NCBI GenBank assembly: GCA_964373915.1
Contig: CAYJWP010000001.1
Coordinates: 51,860 to 115,859, forward strand
Reading direction: 5' to 3'
Length of the DNA: 64,000 nt
DNA from: an uncultured Candidatus Saccharibacteria bacterium
GTDB lineage: Bacteria > Patescibacteriota > Minisyncoccia > UBA6257 > UBA11618
Shown here: positions 54,073-63,790 of the stretch, in pieces
Position numbering within the stretch: position 1 is the stretch's first letter
How the letters are laid out: each line of letters opens with the position of its first letter
Translations under genes and position numbers: made by a program
The notes under the pieces: model-generated
What the model was told of the DNA's origin: nothing
The model's database searches: none
Seen by the model: only the letters and a program-made list of their open reading frames with translations

Positions 54073-55520
54073 TTTTTTGCTTTCCGCATTAACGGAAAAA
54101 TAACTGTTTCTCTTACGGGCTTATCCATTAAAATAGCAAATAATCTCTCTGAAAAACCAAAACCGGCGGCTGGCGGCATGCCATATTCTAAAGCAGTCAC
54201 AAAATCTTCGTCTATCCGCTGAGCCTCCTTATCCCCCCCGGCGCGTAATTTCATCTGCTCCTCAAAACGCTGCCGCTGGTCAAGAGGATCGTTTAATTCG
54301 GAAAAACCCTTGCCTAATTCCGTGCCGCAAGCCACCACCTGCATTCTCGCCACCCTCTCTAAATCATCTTTTGTCCTCTTGGCTAATGGCTCAATATCAG
54401 TTGGCGGATTTATCAAAAATGCCGGCTGGACAAGATGGGGACGAACTAATTTCTTATAGAGCAAATCAATCAACCGCCCTCTACCCATAATCTTTTCAAC
54501 CTCCAACTTCTCCTCTTTAATCTTTTTCTTAAGATCAGCCACGCCGGCTGTTTTTAAATCCAAACCGGTATGTTTATAGAAGATTTTATAGTAATCAAGT
54601 CTCGGCCATTTTAATCCCCAATTAATATCTTTGCCTTTACAGCGAGTCTTTAAACCTCCTGTGGTTTCTTTGATGATTTTTTTAAATAAAGACTCCACAA
54701 AATCCATCAATTTATTATAATCGCTGTAGGCCCAATAAAACTCGCACTGGGTGTAATCCTGAAGATGCTCCGCGTCTATACCCTCGTTTCTAAAAACTCT
54801 GCCAATCTCAAAAACTCTTTCTAGGCCACCCGCTAACAGCTTTTTTAGGGGTAGTTCTAGAGAAATTCTCAGGTAAAAATCCTCATCTAAAGCATTGTGA
54901 TGGGTGATAAAAGGTTCGGCTTCGGCGCCACCGGGGACTAATTCTAAAACGGGGGTCTCCACCTCTAAAAATCCCTCGCCCTTAAGAAAGGCGCGGCCTA
55001 CCTCCCAAAATTTAGATTTTTTAATAAAAATATCCCTCACTTCCGGCCGCAACAAAATATCCAAGTAACGCTGGCGCAAACGCGCCTCAACATCCTCTAA
55101 ACCCGCCCACTGGTCAGGCAGAGGCCTCAAACTTTTAGCCAACAATTTTAAAGAAACAACCTCAATGCTTTTCTCCCCCCTTTTAGTCTTGAACAGACGG
55201 CCGCCGCATTCAATAAAATCCCCAATATCAAGATTATTTTTATAAAGGTCAAACTTCTTAAAATTATCTTTTTTTATAACAGCCTGCGCTTTTCCGGACT
55301 GATCTTTAATATCAGCAAACATCAACCCGCCTTGAGCTCTTAATCCCAATATCCGACCGGTAATAAAAACTTTCTTGCGGCTCTTTTCTAACTTATTAAA
55401 ATTTAAAACGGCCTCGCCTATAGAATGAGTCCTTTTTGAATCCTCGGGATAGGGGTCAACGCCTGCTTTCTTAAGGCTTTCTATTTTTTTAATCCTATCC
55501 CTAATTAAATCCTCCAACAT
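54069..55520 (-). CDS. lysS: lysine--tRNA ligase (class II)
   Basis: OB fold plus class IIb core 'FLEVETPVLELVPGGAEAEPF', 'GRVFRNEGIDAEH', 'AAGFGFSERL'. Confidence 0.93.
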   Translation of the reverse strand: MLEDLIRDRIKKIESLKKAGVDPYPEDSKRTHSIGEAVLNFNKLEKSRKKVFITGRILGLRAQGGLMFADIKDQSGKAQAVIKKDNFKKFDLYKNNLDIGDFIECGGRLFKTKRGEKSIEVVSLKLLAKSLRPLPDQWAGLEDVEARLRQRYLDILLRPEVRDIFIKKSKFWEVGRAFLKGEGFLEVETPVLELVPGGAEAEPFITHHNALDEDFYLRISLELPLKKLLAGGLERVFEIGRVFRNEGIDAEHLQDYTQCEFYWAYSDYNKLMDFVESLFKKIIKETTGGLKTRCKGKDINWGLKWPRLDYYKIFYKHTGLDLKTAGVADLKKKIKEEKLEVEKIMGRGRLIDLLYKKLVRPHLVQPAFLINPPTDIEPLAKRTKDDLERVARMQVVACGTELGKGFSELNDPLDQRQRFEEQMKLRAGGDKEAQRIDEDFVTALEYGMPPAAGFGFSERLFAILMDKPVRETVIFPLMRKAKK

Positions 55521-55978
55521 TAATCAATGTCTGTAATTTTATAAACCATACTGCCGGCCGGCGCTTGAACCGTCACCTCGTCGCCCACTTTTCTGTCAAG
55601 AAAAACCCTGCCTAAAGGAGACTCGTTAGAAATAAAACCGCTCTCGGGACGAGCCTCGTTAGAGCCGACTATTGTAAAGGAAAAGCTCTTGCCATCTTTT
55701 TCTGCCTTCACAGTAGAACCAATACGCACCACGTCCCTACTGCCGCTTTTCTTAATAAGAGTAGCATTTTTAACCATTTCCTCCAACTCAAAAATTCGAC
55801 CCTCAACTTGTCCCTGCTCCTCTCTTGCCTCAATATATTCAGAGTTCTCGGAAAGATCTCCCAGCTCCTTAGCTCTTTTCAATCTTTCCGCAACCTCTAT
55901 TCTTCTGACTGCTTTTAAAATTTCTAACTCGGCTTTTAATTCCTTCAATCGTTCGGGAGTTAAATAGTATTGCTCCAT
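55520..55978 (-). CDS. greA: transcription elongation factor GreA
   Basis: Coiled coil with 'DLSENSEYIEAREEQ' and an FKBP-like C-terminal domain. Confidence 0.9.
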   Translation of the reverse strand: MEQYYLTPERLKELKAELEILKAVRRIEVAERLKRAKELGDLSENSEYIEAREEQGQVEGRIFELEEMVKNATLIKKSGSRDVVRIGSTVKAEKDGKSFSFTIVGSNEARPESGFISNESPLGRVFLDRKVGDEVTVQAPAGSMVYKITDID

Positions 55979-56676
55979 AATTTTTTACGAATTTTAAAAG
56001 TCTGGCACACAAAACCCCAGTAGTCAATAAAGCGCATTTTTGAACGGCTATCATGATTCCAAAAAATCGGCACCTCTTTTATTTTATAACCAAATTTTTT
56101 CGCCAAAGATAAAATTTCCGTATCCGCCGCCCAGCCGTCTATCGCCGCCACAGAAAAAATCTTGCCAGCCGCCTTTTCGGAAAAGCATTTAAAACCGCAA
56201 AAAACATCCTGAACGCCGCCCGCTAAAAATAAAATTCTGCTTAGCCGGATTAAAAAAAATTCGGCCATTCTTCTTGCCAACGGCAGATTTTTATCTATCC
56301 GGCTGCCCTTAACAAATCTGGAACCGACTACCACGCCATATCCTTTTTTTAATAAAGAAATAGTTTTGTCTATTTCTTCCGCTTTAGTAGAATTGTCGGC
56401 ATCCATACAGACCAAAAAATCTCCCCGGGCCGCCGCCATCCCCAAGCGAATCGCCGCGCCTCTGCCTTTATTGAGGCCATTGCTGGCCAGTTTTATATTT
56501 TTTATAAACTGGCTAAATTTTTTTACTATCTCTCTGGTGTTGTCGGTAGAGCCATCATCGGCTACCACAATCTCCCAGCGATACTTTTTTTTCGAAAGAA
56601 ATCTCTCTATGTCAATTAAGGTCAGCGGCAGCCTTTCCGCCTCATTATAAGCAGGAATAATAACGGACAAGAACAT
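55960..56676 (-). CDS. family 2 glycosyltransferase (polyprenyl-phosphate sugar transferase-like)
   Basis: 'VIIPAYNEAERL', 'VVADDGSTDNT', 'DADNS'. Confidence 0.85.
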   Translation of the reverse strand: MFLSVIIPAYNEAERLPLTLIDIERFLSKKKYRWEIVVADDGSTDNTREIVKKFSQFIKNIKLASNGLNKGRGAAIRLGMAAARGDFLVCMDADNSTKAEEIDKTISLLKKGYGVVVGSRFVKGSRIDKNLPLARRMAEFFLIRLSRILFLAGGVQDVFCGFKCFSEKAAGKIFSVAAIDGWAADTEILSLAKKFGYKIKEVPIFWNHDSRSKMRFIDYWGFVCQTFKIRKKLWSNTI

Positions 56677-56691
56677 TCCATGATTATAGCA

Positions 56692-57450
56692 TTATTCTGT
56701 TAAAACCTCCGGACCCGCTTTTGTTATGGCTATGGTATGTTCAAAATGAGCTGAGAGCGAGCCGTCTTTAGTGGCAAAACTGTCGTCAGGCAATCGAATT
56801 GTTTCTCCTCTGCCGGCGCTAAACATTGGCTCAACAGCTATTACAAGGCCCTCCTCCAACTTCAATCCCTTGCCTTTGACACCCTCATTAAAAACACTAG
56901 GGTCTTCGTGAAGATTTTTACCAATGCCATGGCCGGTCAATCCCTTAGCGGGAGAAAAACCGTTCTTTTTGGCATAATTGCCAATCACCCAGCTAATATC
57001 CCCGATAGCTTTGCCGATATGACACTCCTCTATGGCTAAAGCCAGAGCTTCACGAGTTGCCCTTATTAATTTTTCTGCCAAGGGAGAAATTTTACCAACC
57101 CCGACAGTTAAAGCAGTATCGGTATAAAATCCTTTATACAAAACCCCGAAATCAATCTTGAGCAAATCGCCGTCGCGCAATTTTCTTTTGGTAGGCAAGC
57201 CGTGCACCACCACCTCGTTAACAGAAGCGCAAATTGATGCCGGATAACGCTTGTCACTGCCCGGAGCCAAATAACCCAGAAAAGCGGGCTCGGCGCCCGC
57301 TTCTCTTATCATCTTTTCGGCTAACGCGTCCAGGTCTTCTAATACCACTCCTTCCTTAGAAACCGCCGCTACTTCTCCAGCCACTCTTGCCAAAATCAAA
57401 CCGCCCTCTCTCATCGTCGCAATTTCTTTTCTATTTTTTAAATAAACCAT
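56692..57450 (-). CDS. map: type I methionine aminopeptidase
   Basis: Pita-bread fold. Metal ligands in 'DGDLLKIDFG', 'HGIG', 'EPMF'. Confidence 0.9.
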   Translation of the reverse strand: MVYLKNRKEIATMREGGLILARVAGEVAAVSKEGVVLEDLDALAEKMIREAGAEPAFLGYLAPGSDKRYPASICASVNEVVVHGLPTKRKLRDGDLLKIDFGVLYKGFYTDTALTVGVGKISPLAEKLIRATREALALAIEECHIGKAIGDISWVIGNYAKKNGFSPAKGLTGHGIGKNLHEDPSVFNEGVKGKGLKLEEGLVIAVEPMFSAGRGETIRLPDDSFATKDGSLSAHFEHTIAITKAGPEVLTE

Positions 57451-58027
57451 TTAATTCTTTAAGTACTCTCTGGCTGACTTCATTGACCGAACCCTCGCCG
57501 TTTATCTTAATAATTCTCTTGCCATACCACCTAATAATAGGTAGAACGTGTTTTTTAAAATTACGCATACGCTCTCTGATGGCTTTGGGATGGTCGTCCC
57601 CCCGCCCCCGAGCCAAAAGACGCTTTGTAGCTTCGGCATCGCTAATTTCAAAATAAATAGGTACCGGTCTCGGCCTGCCCATGCTAACCATAACATCATC
57701 CAACTGCTTTGCCTCAGGCATTAATCTAGGAGAGCTAGGGAAAAAAATCACGCCGTCTTTGTCTAATTTATCCTTTAAGACCTCAAACCAAAGGCCGACT
57801 TGCAGCCAATTGGGAAAGAAATCTCCTCTCCTTAAAATACCTCTAACCCATCTCCCCATAAAAGTATTTTTTTCAGCCAGTTTTCTTCCCAATTCTCCGG
57901 TAGATATGCTAATAAAATTTAATTTATTCTTTTTAATATAGCTTTCTAAAAAATGCGCCTGGGTGTCCTTACCCGAACCAGACTTGCCCAAAAAAAGAAA
58001 AGTGCTCCCTTTCAAATTTTTCATCAC
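57431..58027 (-). CDS. adk: adenylate kinase (short form)
   Basis: P-loop 'GKSGSGKDTQA', 'RGRGDDHPKAIRERM'. Conserved secY-adk-map synteny. Confidence 0.75.
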   Translation of the reverse strand: MMKNLKGSTFLFLGKSGSGKDTQAHFLESYIKKNKLNFISISTGELGRKLAEKNTFMGRWVRGILRRGDFFPNWLQVGLWFEVLKDKLDKDGVIFFPSSPRLMPEAKQLDDVMVSMGRPRPVPIYFEISDAEATKRLLARGRGDDHPKAIRERMRNFKKHVLPIIRWYGKRIIKINGEGSVNEVSQRVLKELNGLFKK

Positions 58028-58051
58028 ATTATTATAACCTTAAATGTCCGT

Positions 58052-59332
58052 CTATTGAATACTTTCGTATTCCCGCATTACCAACTGGGAATCTATCTGC
58101 TTCATAGACTCCAGCGCCACCGCTACCACAATCAGCAAGGCCGTACCGCCGATGGTCAAGGTGGCGATGCCGGTGACAATTTGGGTGACAATGGGCAAGA
58201 CTGCCACAATACCCAAAAAGACGGCGCCAAATAAGGTGATTCTATTAACAATTTTAGACAAAAACTCTTTCGTCGGGTCGCCAGGACGAATCCCCGGAAT
58301 AAATCCTCCGGAACGCTGTAAGTTATTGGAGATTTCTTTAGGGTCAAAAGTGACGGCTGTATAAAAATAAGTAAACAAAACCACTAAAGCAAAATATATC
58401 AGGCCATAGAAAACTTGATTATTAAATACTAAAGACACCCAGGAGTTTAACTTTGCTCCAAAACCAGGAGAAACAGCCGCCGCTATCTGCGCTAAAAATT
58501 GGGGAAAAAGCAAAATAGAGACCGCAAAGATTATAGGAATTACTCCGGCTTGGTTGACTCTTAAGGGCAGATAGCTGGAAACACCGCCGTACATTTTCGT
58601 GCCTCTGATTCTTTTAGCATAAGAGACGGGAATTTTGCGCTCACCTTCGGTAACGAACACTACGCCCGCAATAACTACTATGCTTAGTAATAGAAAAGCT
58701 ATATAAGTAGGTAAAACAGCCGGATTATAGGATAAAAAATTGGTCCGCACAATTTGCGGCAGTCCAGCCAAAATACCGGCAAAAATTATTAAAGATACGC
58801 CGTTGCCTATCTTTTGTTCGCTAATCAATTCTCCCAGCCAAACAAGAATCATGGTGCCGGCGGTAGCGATAATGACGCTAATTATAATATTGGAAGTCCT
58901 AAAATCAGTAAAAACCCCCTGCTGGTTGAGCAGTGTCATAAAACCGTAGCCCTGCAGACCGGCTAAGGGCACGGTCAGATAGCGGGAGTAGCGATTAAAT
59001 TTTGCTCTTCCTTCAGCTCCCTCTTCATAATACATAGCCTTAAGGGCGGGAAAAATCATAGTTAAAAGCTGCATGACAATAGTAGCGGTGATATAAGGGC
59101 CGACTCCCAACATCATAATGGATAAATTATCTAAGGCGCCGCCGGAAAATATGTTTAAAAATCCCAAAAGCTGATTGGAAGCAAAAAGATCCTTTAACCG
59201 ATCGACATCTATCCCGGGAATAGGAATAGCCGCCATCAGCCGGAAAACAACCAGCAAGGCAGCAACAATCAAAACCTTCTTGCGCAAGTCGGGAATTTTA
59301 AAAACTTGTAAAAATTTATTCAACATTTTCAA
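58052..59332 (-). CDS. secY: preprotein translocase subunit SecY
   Basis: Ten-TM SecY. Downstream of rplO. Confidence 0.95.
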   Translation of the reverse strand: MKMLNKFLQVFKIPDLRKKVLIVAALLVVFRLMAAIPIPGIDVDRLKDLFASNQLLGFLNIFSGGALDNLSIMMLGVGPYITATIVMQLLTMIFPALKAMYYEEGAEGRAKFNRYSRYLTVPLAGLQGYGFMTLLNQQGVFTDFRTSNIIISVIIATAGTMILVWLGELISEQKIGNGVSLIIFAGILAGLPQIVRTNFLSYNPAVLPTYIAFLLLSIVVIAGVVFVTEGERKIPVSYAKRIRGTKMYGGVSSYLPLRVNQAGVIPIIFAVSILLFPQFLAQIAAAVSPGFGAKLNSWVSLVFNNQVFYGLIYFALVVLFTYFYTAVTFDPKEISNNLQRSGGFIPGIRPGDPTKEFLSKIVNRITLFGAVFLGIVAVLPIVTQIVTGIATLTIGGTALLIVVAVALESMKQIDSQLVMREYESIQ

Positions 59333-59762
59333 AAACTTTACCTCCGGCCGCTTCTATCTTTTTTTGCGCCTCCTTTGAAATACGCAACTGCTGGCCGCCT
59401 GACAACTTTAATTCCACTGTAAAAGCTTTTTTTAACTCACCGCTGCCTAATATTTTAACGCTTCTGTCTTTAACAAAACCGGCCTCTCTCAAAGTTTTAA
59501 TATTGATAGTATTTCCTTTGATTTTCGATAAATAATTAACATTAACGGCTAAAGGCTTCACTTGAAAAGGCTTATTTTTATAACCTCTTAATTTTGGCAG
59601 ACGAGAAATCAACTCATAAATAGCCGGTTTAATCCTCCTGCCAGCATGAGCCTTCTGTCCCTTTTGGCCACGGCCTGAATAAGTGCCCCGCTTGCCTCCT
59701 CGGCCGACACGAGCGCCGCTTCTCTTTCTTTTATTTAATATTTTTATCTGATGTAATTGCAT
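59316..59762 (-). CDS. rplO: 50S ribosomal protein L15
   Basis: 'KRKRSGARVGRGGKRGTYSGRGQKGQKA'. Confidence 0.9.
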   Translation of the reverse strand: MQLHQIKILNKRKRSGARVGRGGKRGTYSGRGQKGQKAHAGRRIKPAIYELISRLPKLRGYKNKPFQVKPLAVNVNYLSKIKGNTINIKTLREAGFVKDRSVKILGSGELKKAFTVELKLSGGQQLRISKEAQKKIEAAGGKVFENVE

Positions 59763-59766
59763 ATAG

Positions 59767-60276
59767 TTACTCTTCGTCTTCGTTTCGGCTAGCCGGCTGT
59801 TGTTTAACTTCCTTTACCATCACTCCCTCCGATTTAATGTTTTTCAGCGCCTCAATAACCGCCATAGCATTAGTAAGCTTGTTAGAAGTAGTTCCTAAAT
59901 TTTTAGCGGTGCAATCTTTGACGCCCGCCAAAAACAAAACGGCTCTTGCCGAACCGCCGGCGCGCAGGCCGTGGCCGGGAATAGCCGGTTTTAATTTAAT
60001 TTTAGCGGCGCTGAACTTAGCGTCTACCTCATGGGCAATAGTGCCATTTTTTAGATTAACCCTAATTATATTTTTTTTGGCGGCAGAACGCGCTTTATCA
60101 ATAGCTTGAGCAACATCCAAACCTTTGGCAATGCCAACGCCCACTTGACCTTTCTCATCGCCCACCACCACCGTGGCGCGAAAACGAAAACGCTTGCCCC
60201 CGGCAACCACTCTAGTCACCCGACGAATTTCCAAAACACGCTCCTCAAATCCGTCTCCTTTTTTTACTATTCTCAT
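59767..60276 (-). CDS. rpsE: 30S ribosomal protein S5
   Basis: 'VTRVVAGGKRFRFRATVVVGD', 'GAGIIAG'-type motif 'GHGLRAGG'. Confidence 0.9.
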   Translation of the reverse strand: MRIVKKGDGFEERVLEIRRVTRVVAGGKRFRFRATVVVGDEKGQVGVGIAKGLDVAQAIDKARSAAKKNIIRVNLKNGTIAHEVDAKFSAAKIKLKPAIPGHGLRAGGSARAVLFLAGVKDCTAKNLGTTSNKLTNAMAVIEALKNIKSEGVMVKEVKQQPASRNEDEE

Positions 60277-60291
60277 AGATATGAAAAATGA

Positions 60292-60660
60292 TTAAAATTT
60301 TAAACCGCTCTGGCGAAAACCATCGGCTACCGCCTCCACCCGGCCGTGATATTTGTAGGCGCCCTTGTCAAAAATCAGAGCACTAACTCCAATTTTTTTT
60401 ACCTTTTCCGCCATCAACTCCCCCAATTTTCTGGCCCTGTCAGTTTTGCTTAAATGTTCCTTGGCATCGCCATTAATTAAATCCTTAGTTGAGCCGGCCA
60501 GCAAAGTCTTCTGATTTTTATCATCAATCAGTTGAACGTATATAAACTTATTGCTTCTGAAAATTGAAAGCCTGGGCCTTTCTTTAGTGCCAAAAATCTT
60601 GGCTCTCGCCCTAGCCCCTCTTAATCTCCTTTGAAAATTTAATCTTTTTTGATTTCTCAT
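60292..60660 (-). CDS. rplR: 50S ribosomal protein L18
   Basis: 'ERPRLSIFRSNKFIYVQLIDD'. Confidence 0.9.
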   Translation of the reverse strand: MRNQKRLNFQRRLRGARARAKIFGTKERPRLSIFRSNKFIYVQLIDDKNQKTLLAGSTKDLINGDAKEHLSKTDRARKLGELMAEKVKKIGVSALIFDKGAYKYHGRVEAVADGFRQSGLKF

Positions 60661-60687
60661 GTTGAATTTTAAGTATTTAATATTTTA

Positions 60688-61233
60688 TTAGCCGGTGACG
60701 CCCACCGCTTTCTTGCCGGCTTTTCTTCTTACGATTTCATCTTCGTATCTAATTCCTTTTCCTTTGTAAGGTTCTGGTTTTTTAATCCGGCGAATACGGG
60801 CGGCCGCCTCCCCTACCAAAGCTTTATCTATGCCGCTGATTTTTATTATGTTTTTCTCCACACTAATCGCCACTCCTTCGGGAGATTCAAACTTAACCGG
60901 ATGGCTGAAACCAACGTTTAAAACAAGATTCTTACCTTCCATGCTGACACGAAAACCAATGCCTTCCAATTTTAAAACTTTAGAAAATCCCTCTTTGACC
61001 CCCTCTATAGCGTTTTTAGTCAAAGCCACCGCGGTGCCCTGGTTGGCCGAAGCTTGGGTTGATTTGTCTTGAGCGCTTATAGACAAACTTCTATCTTTTG
61101 AATCAATTTTAATCAAGGGCGGCAACTTTAAAGAGAGCTCCCCTTTGGGCCCCCTCACTTTAACAACGCCCTCCTCAACCGCCACTTCAACTCCCTCGGG
61201 AATAATAATTGGTTTTTTACCTAATCTAGACAT
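60688..61233 (-). CDS. rplF: 50S ribosomal protein L6
   Basis: 'MSRLGKKPIIIPEGVEVAVEEGVVKVRGPKGEL'. Start taken at the internal ATG (61231-61233). The upstream 59 in-frame codons lack a stop but lie in the structured insert. Confidence 0.88.
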   Translation of the reverse strand: MSRLGKKPIIIPEGVEVAVEEGVVKVRGPKGELSLKLPPLIKIDSKDRSLSISAQDKSTQASANQGTAVALTKNAIEGVKEGFSKVLKLEGIGFRVSMEGKNLVLNVGFSHPVKFESPEGVAISVEKNIIKISGIDKALVGEAAARIRRIKKPEPYKGKGIRYEDEIVRRKAGKKAVGVTG

Positions 61234-61558
61234 AAAAACAACAGAGAAAAGGCTATCACATTTAAATAAATTAGGCAATAAAAATCCCTCCAACTTTATC
61301 CGAGTGAATATATGTTTGGCTGATCCGCCCGCTGGCTCCGCCAGCTGGCGGAGAAAACAACGAAGCGAAGCGAAGATTTTCTTTAGTAAATTAAACTGTT
61401 TGAGTTCCAATCCGCCGAAGGCGGAGTGGGCGAGTTTTTAAATTTACTTAGAAAAGCGAGCGTAGCGAGTTGGCTTTCTATCAGACAAACATCATGAAGG
61501 AGGGTAAGGTTGGAGGGATCTGAAGAATGAGGAAATAGTTTTGATTAAATTTTTATTC
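61234..61558 (-). other. about 325-bp non-coding, structured insert between rpsH and rplF in the spc operon
   Basis: Contains (CGAAG)x3 and 'GCGAGCGTAGCGAG' repeats. Contains hairpins 'CCGCCAGCTGGCGG' and 'CCGCC-TTCG-GCGG' (tetraloop). Confidence 0.6.
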
Positions 61559-61939
61559 TCACCAAATCTCAAAAAGAAGCTCTCCGCCAAGTTTTTGTTT
61601 TCTAGCTTCTTTGGTAGTCATTACTCCTTTGGGAGTGGAAATGACTCCGATGCCATAGCCGCTCTTAACCGTCTTCAGAGAATTATACCCGGCATAAATC
61701 CTCCTGGAAGACTTACTAATCAGCTTAATGCCGTTGATGGCGCCCTTGCCATCGCTATATTTCAGCTTTATCTCTATTATTCTCTTGGGCATCCTGCCTT
61801 TTTTGACCGCCTCCTCCACAAAACCATTTCTTTCTAAAATTTCCGCCACTCCCATATCAAAATGAGAGTAACCGGTTTTCAGCCCCTCTTTCTTAACTTT
61901 TTGCGCATTATTTATTTTAGTCAGCAGATCTATATACAT
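61559..61939 (-). CDS. rpsH: 30S ribosomal protein S8
   Basis: 'MYIDLLTKINNAQKVKKEGLKT...GYGIGVISTPKGVMT'. Confidence 0.9.
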   Translation of the reverse strand: MYIDLLTKINNAQKVKKEGLKTGYSHFDMGVAEILERNGFVEEAVKKGRMPKRIIEIKLKYSDGKGAINGIKLISKSSRRIYAGYNSLKTVKSGYGIGVISTPKGVMTTKEARKQKLGGELLFEIW

Positions 61940-61942
61940 AAT

Positions 61943-62128
61943 TTACCACGATGCTTTTTTAATTCCCGGAATCTCCCCCCGGCCTGCCAATTCCCGAAAA
62001 CATATCCGGCAAAGGCCAAACTTCCTCATATAACTCCTGCGCCGGCCGCAACGAAAACAGCGCCGCACAATACGGGTGGAAAATTTGGGTTTTTTTTTCG
62101 CTCTCGCGATTACCGATTCTTTTGCCAT
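61943..62128 (-). CDS. rpsZ: 30S ribosomal protein S14, type Z (zinc-binding)
   Basis: 61 aa with '[20 protein letters not shown]'. Confidence 0.9.
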   Translation of the reverse strand: MAKESVIARAKKKPKFSTRIVRRCFRCGRRRSYMRKFGLCRICFRELAGRGEIPGIKKASW

Positions 62129-62133
62129 AAAAA

Positions 62134-62637
62134 TTAGGGGTTTTCCTTCTTCAGCGGCACACCCGCTTTCCTGTAAAACTCTATCGCCTCCTTGCGGCTT
62201 TTAACTCTTTTTGGCACTAAAGTCACCTGTAGGCCAAAATTTATTTTGGAAGTTTCGGGATTGATTTCAGGAAAAACTATTTGATCCCTTATTCCAATTG
62301 ATAAGTTACCGCCCCCATCGACGTTTTTCAAGTCAATGCCCCGAAAATCTCTTAGACGGGGGAAAACAACTTTATTCAGCCTTTCTACAAAATCAACCAT
62401 TTTTTTACCTCTTAAGGTGGTTTTAAAGCCGACAATCATCCCCTTTCTTAACTTGAAGCCGGCAATGGACTGTTTGGCGGCTGTGTGAGCCGGCTTTTGG
62501 CCGGTAATCAAGGACAGCTCTTTGATTAATTCAGGCATAACCTTACTCTCAAAATTTGGATTGGTTGTCGCCATTCTGCCCACGCCAACATTAATCACAG
62601 CTTTCTCTAAATTTTCTCTTAAATTGATTCCTGGCAT
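62134..62637 (-). CDS. rplE: 50S ribosomal protein L5
   Basis: 'VINVGVGRM...', '[28 protein letters not shown]'. Confidence 0.9.
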   Translation of the reverse strand: MPGINLRENLEKAVINVGVGRMATTNPNFESKVMPELIKELSLITGQKPAHTAAKQSIAGFKLRKGMIVGFKTTLRGKKMVDFVERLNKVVFPRLRDFRGIDLKNVDGGGNLSIGIRDQIVFPEINPETSKINFGLQVTLVPKRVKSRKEAIEFYRKAGVPLKKENP

Positions 62638-62924
62638 TTTTTACAATATCTTTTTTTAATCTTACCTTCGACGCGGTAACCAACTCGCACTCCTTTCCTG
62701 CAGGAAGAACAGAAAAGCATGACGTTGGAAATATTCATTGGCCTGGGCACCTGCACCAGCTGCCCCTTTTCTCCCTGACGTTTCGGCTTAACATGCTTTT
62801 TATACAAGTTCAGGCCGTCAATCAATACCTTGTTCTTATCAATAACGAGGCTTAAAACCTTGCCGGTTTTGCCAGAATCTTTACCAACCATTATTTTTAC
62901 GGTGTCGCCTTTGTGGATATTCAT
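62619..62924 (-). CDS. rplX: 50S ribosomal protein L24 with a C-terminal zinc-ribbon (CxxC...CxxC)
   Basis: KOW 'GDTVKIMVGKDSGKTGKV'. C-terminus '[26 protein letters not shown]'. Confidence 0.9.
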   Translation of the reverse strand: MNIHKGDTVKIMVGKDSGKTGKVLSLVIDKNKVLIDGLNLYKKHVKPKRQGEKGQLVQVPRPMNISNVMLFCSSCRKGVRVGYRVEGKIKKRYCKKCQESI

Positions 62925-62932
62925 AGATACAA

Positions 62933-63301
62933 TTAAACTATTTCCTGAGCCAAAGAAAATACTTTATCATAATTTTTCTCTTTTATTTCTCGAGGCATCG
63001 GCCCAAAAATTCTAGTGGCTCGCGGCTCATTTTTATCATCTACTAAAACAACAGCATTATTATCAAAACGGACATAAGAGCCATCCGGCCTCCTAATGGG
63101 CTTTTGAGTTCTGATAATTAGGCATCTGACTATGTCTTTTTTCTTTACCTGCTTTCTCGGCTCAGCCACTTTAACCGAAGCGATAACTACCTCGCCCACT
63201 CTAGCGTAACGTTTGCGAGTGCCGCCCAAGATACGAAAAACCTTAACCAGCCTCGCTCCCGAGTTGTCAGCCACTTTCACATATGTGCCGTCCTGTAGCA
63301 T
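62933..63301 (-). CDS. rplN: 50S ribosomal protein L14
   Basis: 'MLQDGTYVKVADNSGAR'. Confidence 0.95.
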   Translation of the reverse strand: MLQDGTYVKVADNSGARLVKVFRILGGTRKRYARVGEVVIASVKVAEPRKQVKKKDIVRCLIIRTQKPIRRPDGSYVRFDNNAVVLVDDKNEPRATRIFGPMPREIKEKNYDKVFSLAQEIV

Positions 63302-63335
63302 AAATTCAAATGATTAACTTTAAATCTTTAAATAT

Positions 63336-63596
63336 CTAAATTTTGCGAAGCACCTGCCACCGTTTCTCTTTAGATAGCGGCCTTGACTCCTGAATAACAA
63401 CCTTGTCGTCTTCTTTATATTCATTTTTTTCGTCATGCGCCTTAAAACGCCTGCTTACCTTGTAATATTTAAGATACTTGGGATGCTTTTTAAGATAATC
63501 CACCCGCACCACTACGGTTTTATCCATTTTATCTGAAACCACCACCCCCTCTAATTTTCTTCCGCCAACTGGCGGATTTTTCTTATTTTTCTCCAT
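63336..63596 (-). CDS. rpsQ: 30S ribosomal protein S17
   Basis: '[16 protein letters not shown]'. Confidence 0.9.
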   Translation of the reverse strand: MEKNKKNPPVGGRKLEGVVVSDKMDKTVVVRVDYLKKHPKYLKYYKVSRRFKAHDEKNEYKEDDKVVIQESRPLSKEKRWQVLRKI

Positions 63597-63786
63597 TTTT
63601 TTGATTAATCAAGGTAAGCTCTCTGGCAATATTTTTCTTTATGGAACGAATCTCCTTGACATTCTTAACTTTGCCGCTGGCTAAATCAATTTTTAATTGC
63701 CACAACCTGTCTCTGTCTGCGCTTAATTTTTTATTTAACTCCGGCAGAGGCTTGTTTTTTAATTGTTCCCAATCTTTCTTTTTCAT
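63583..63786 (-). CDS. rpmC: 50S ribosomal protein L29
   Basis: Coiled coil '[32 protein letters not shown]'. Start taken at ATG 63786, just after the rplP stop. Confidence 0.85.
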   Translation of the reverse strand: MKKKDWEQLKNKPLPELNKKLSADRDRLWQLKIDLASGKVKNVKEIRSIKKNIARELTLINQKNGEK

Positions 63787-63790
63787 AAAT

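Noticed and set aside
57431-58027. Alternative call of the 198-aa P-loop protein as cytidylate/guanylate kinase rather than adenylate kinase
   Set aside because: The conserved secY-adk-map gene order and the 'GRGDD' LID-region motif favour a short adenylate kinase. Confidence was lowered accordingly instead of renaming.
61145-61441. 98-aa plus-strand ORF inside the rpsH-rplF spacer
   Set aside because: It is antisense to the ribosomal operon, low-complexity (Ser/Thr/Pro-rich from the GC hairpins), and has no RBS. It is most likely a chance ORF in the structured insert.
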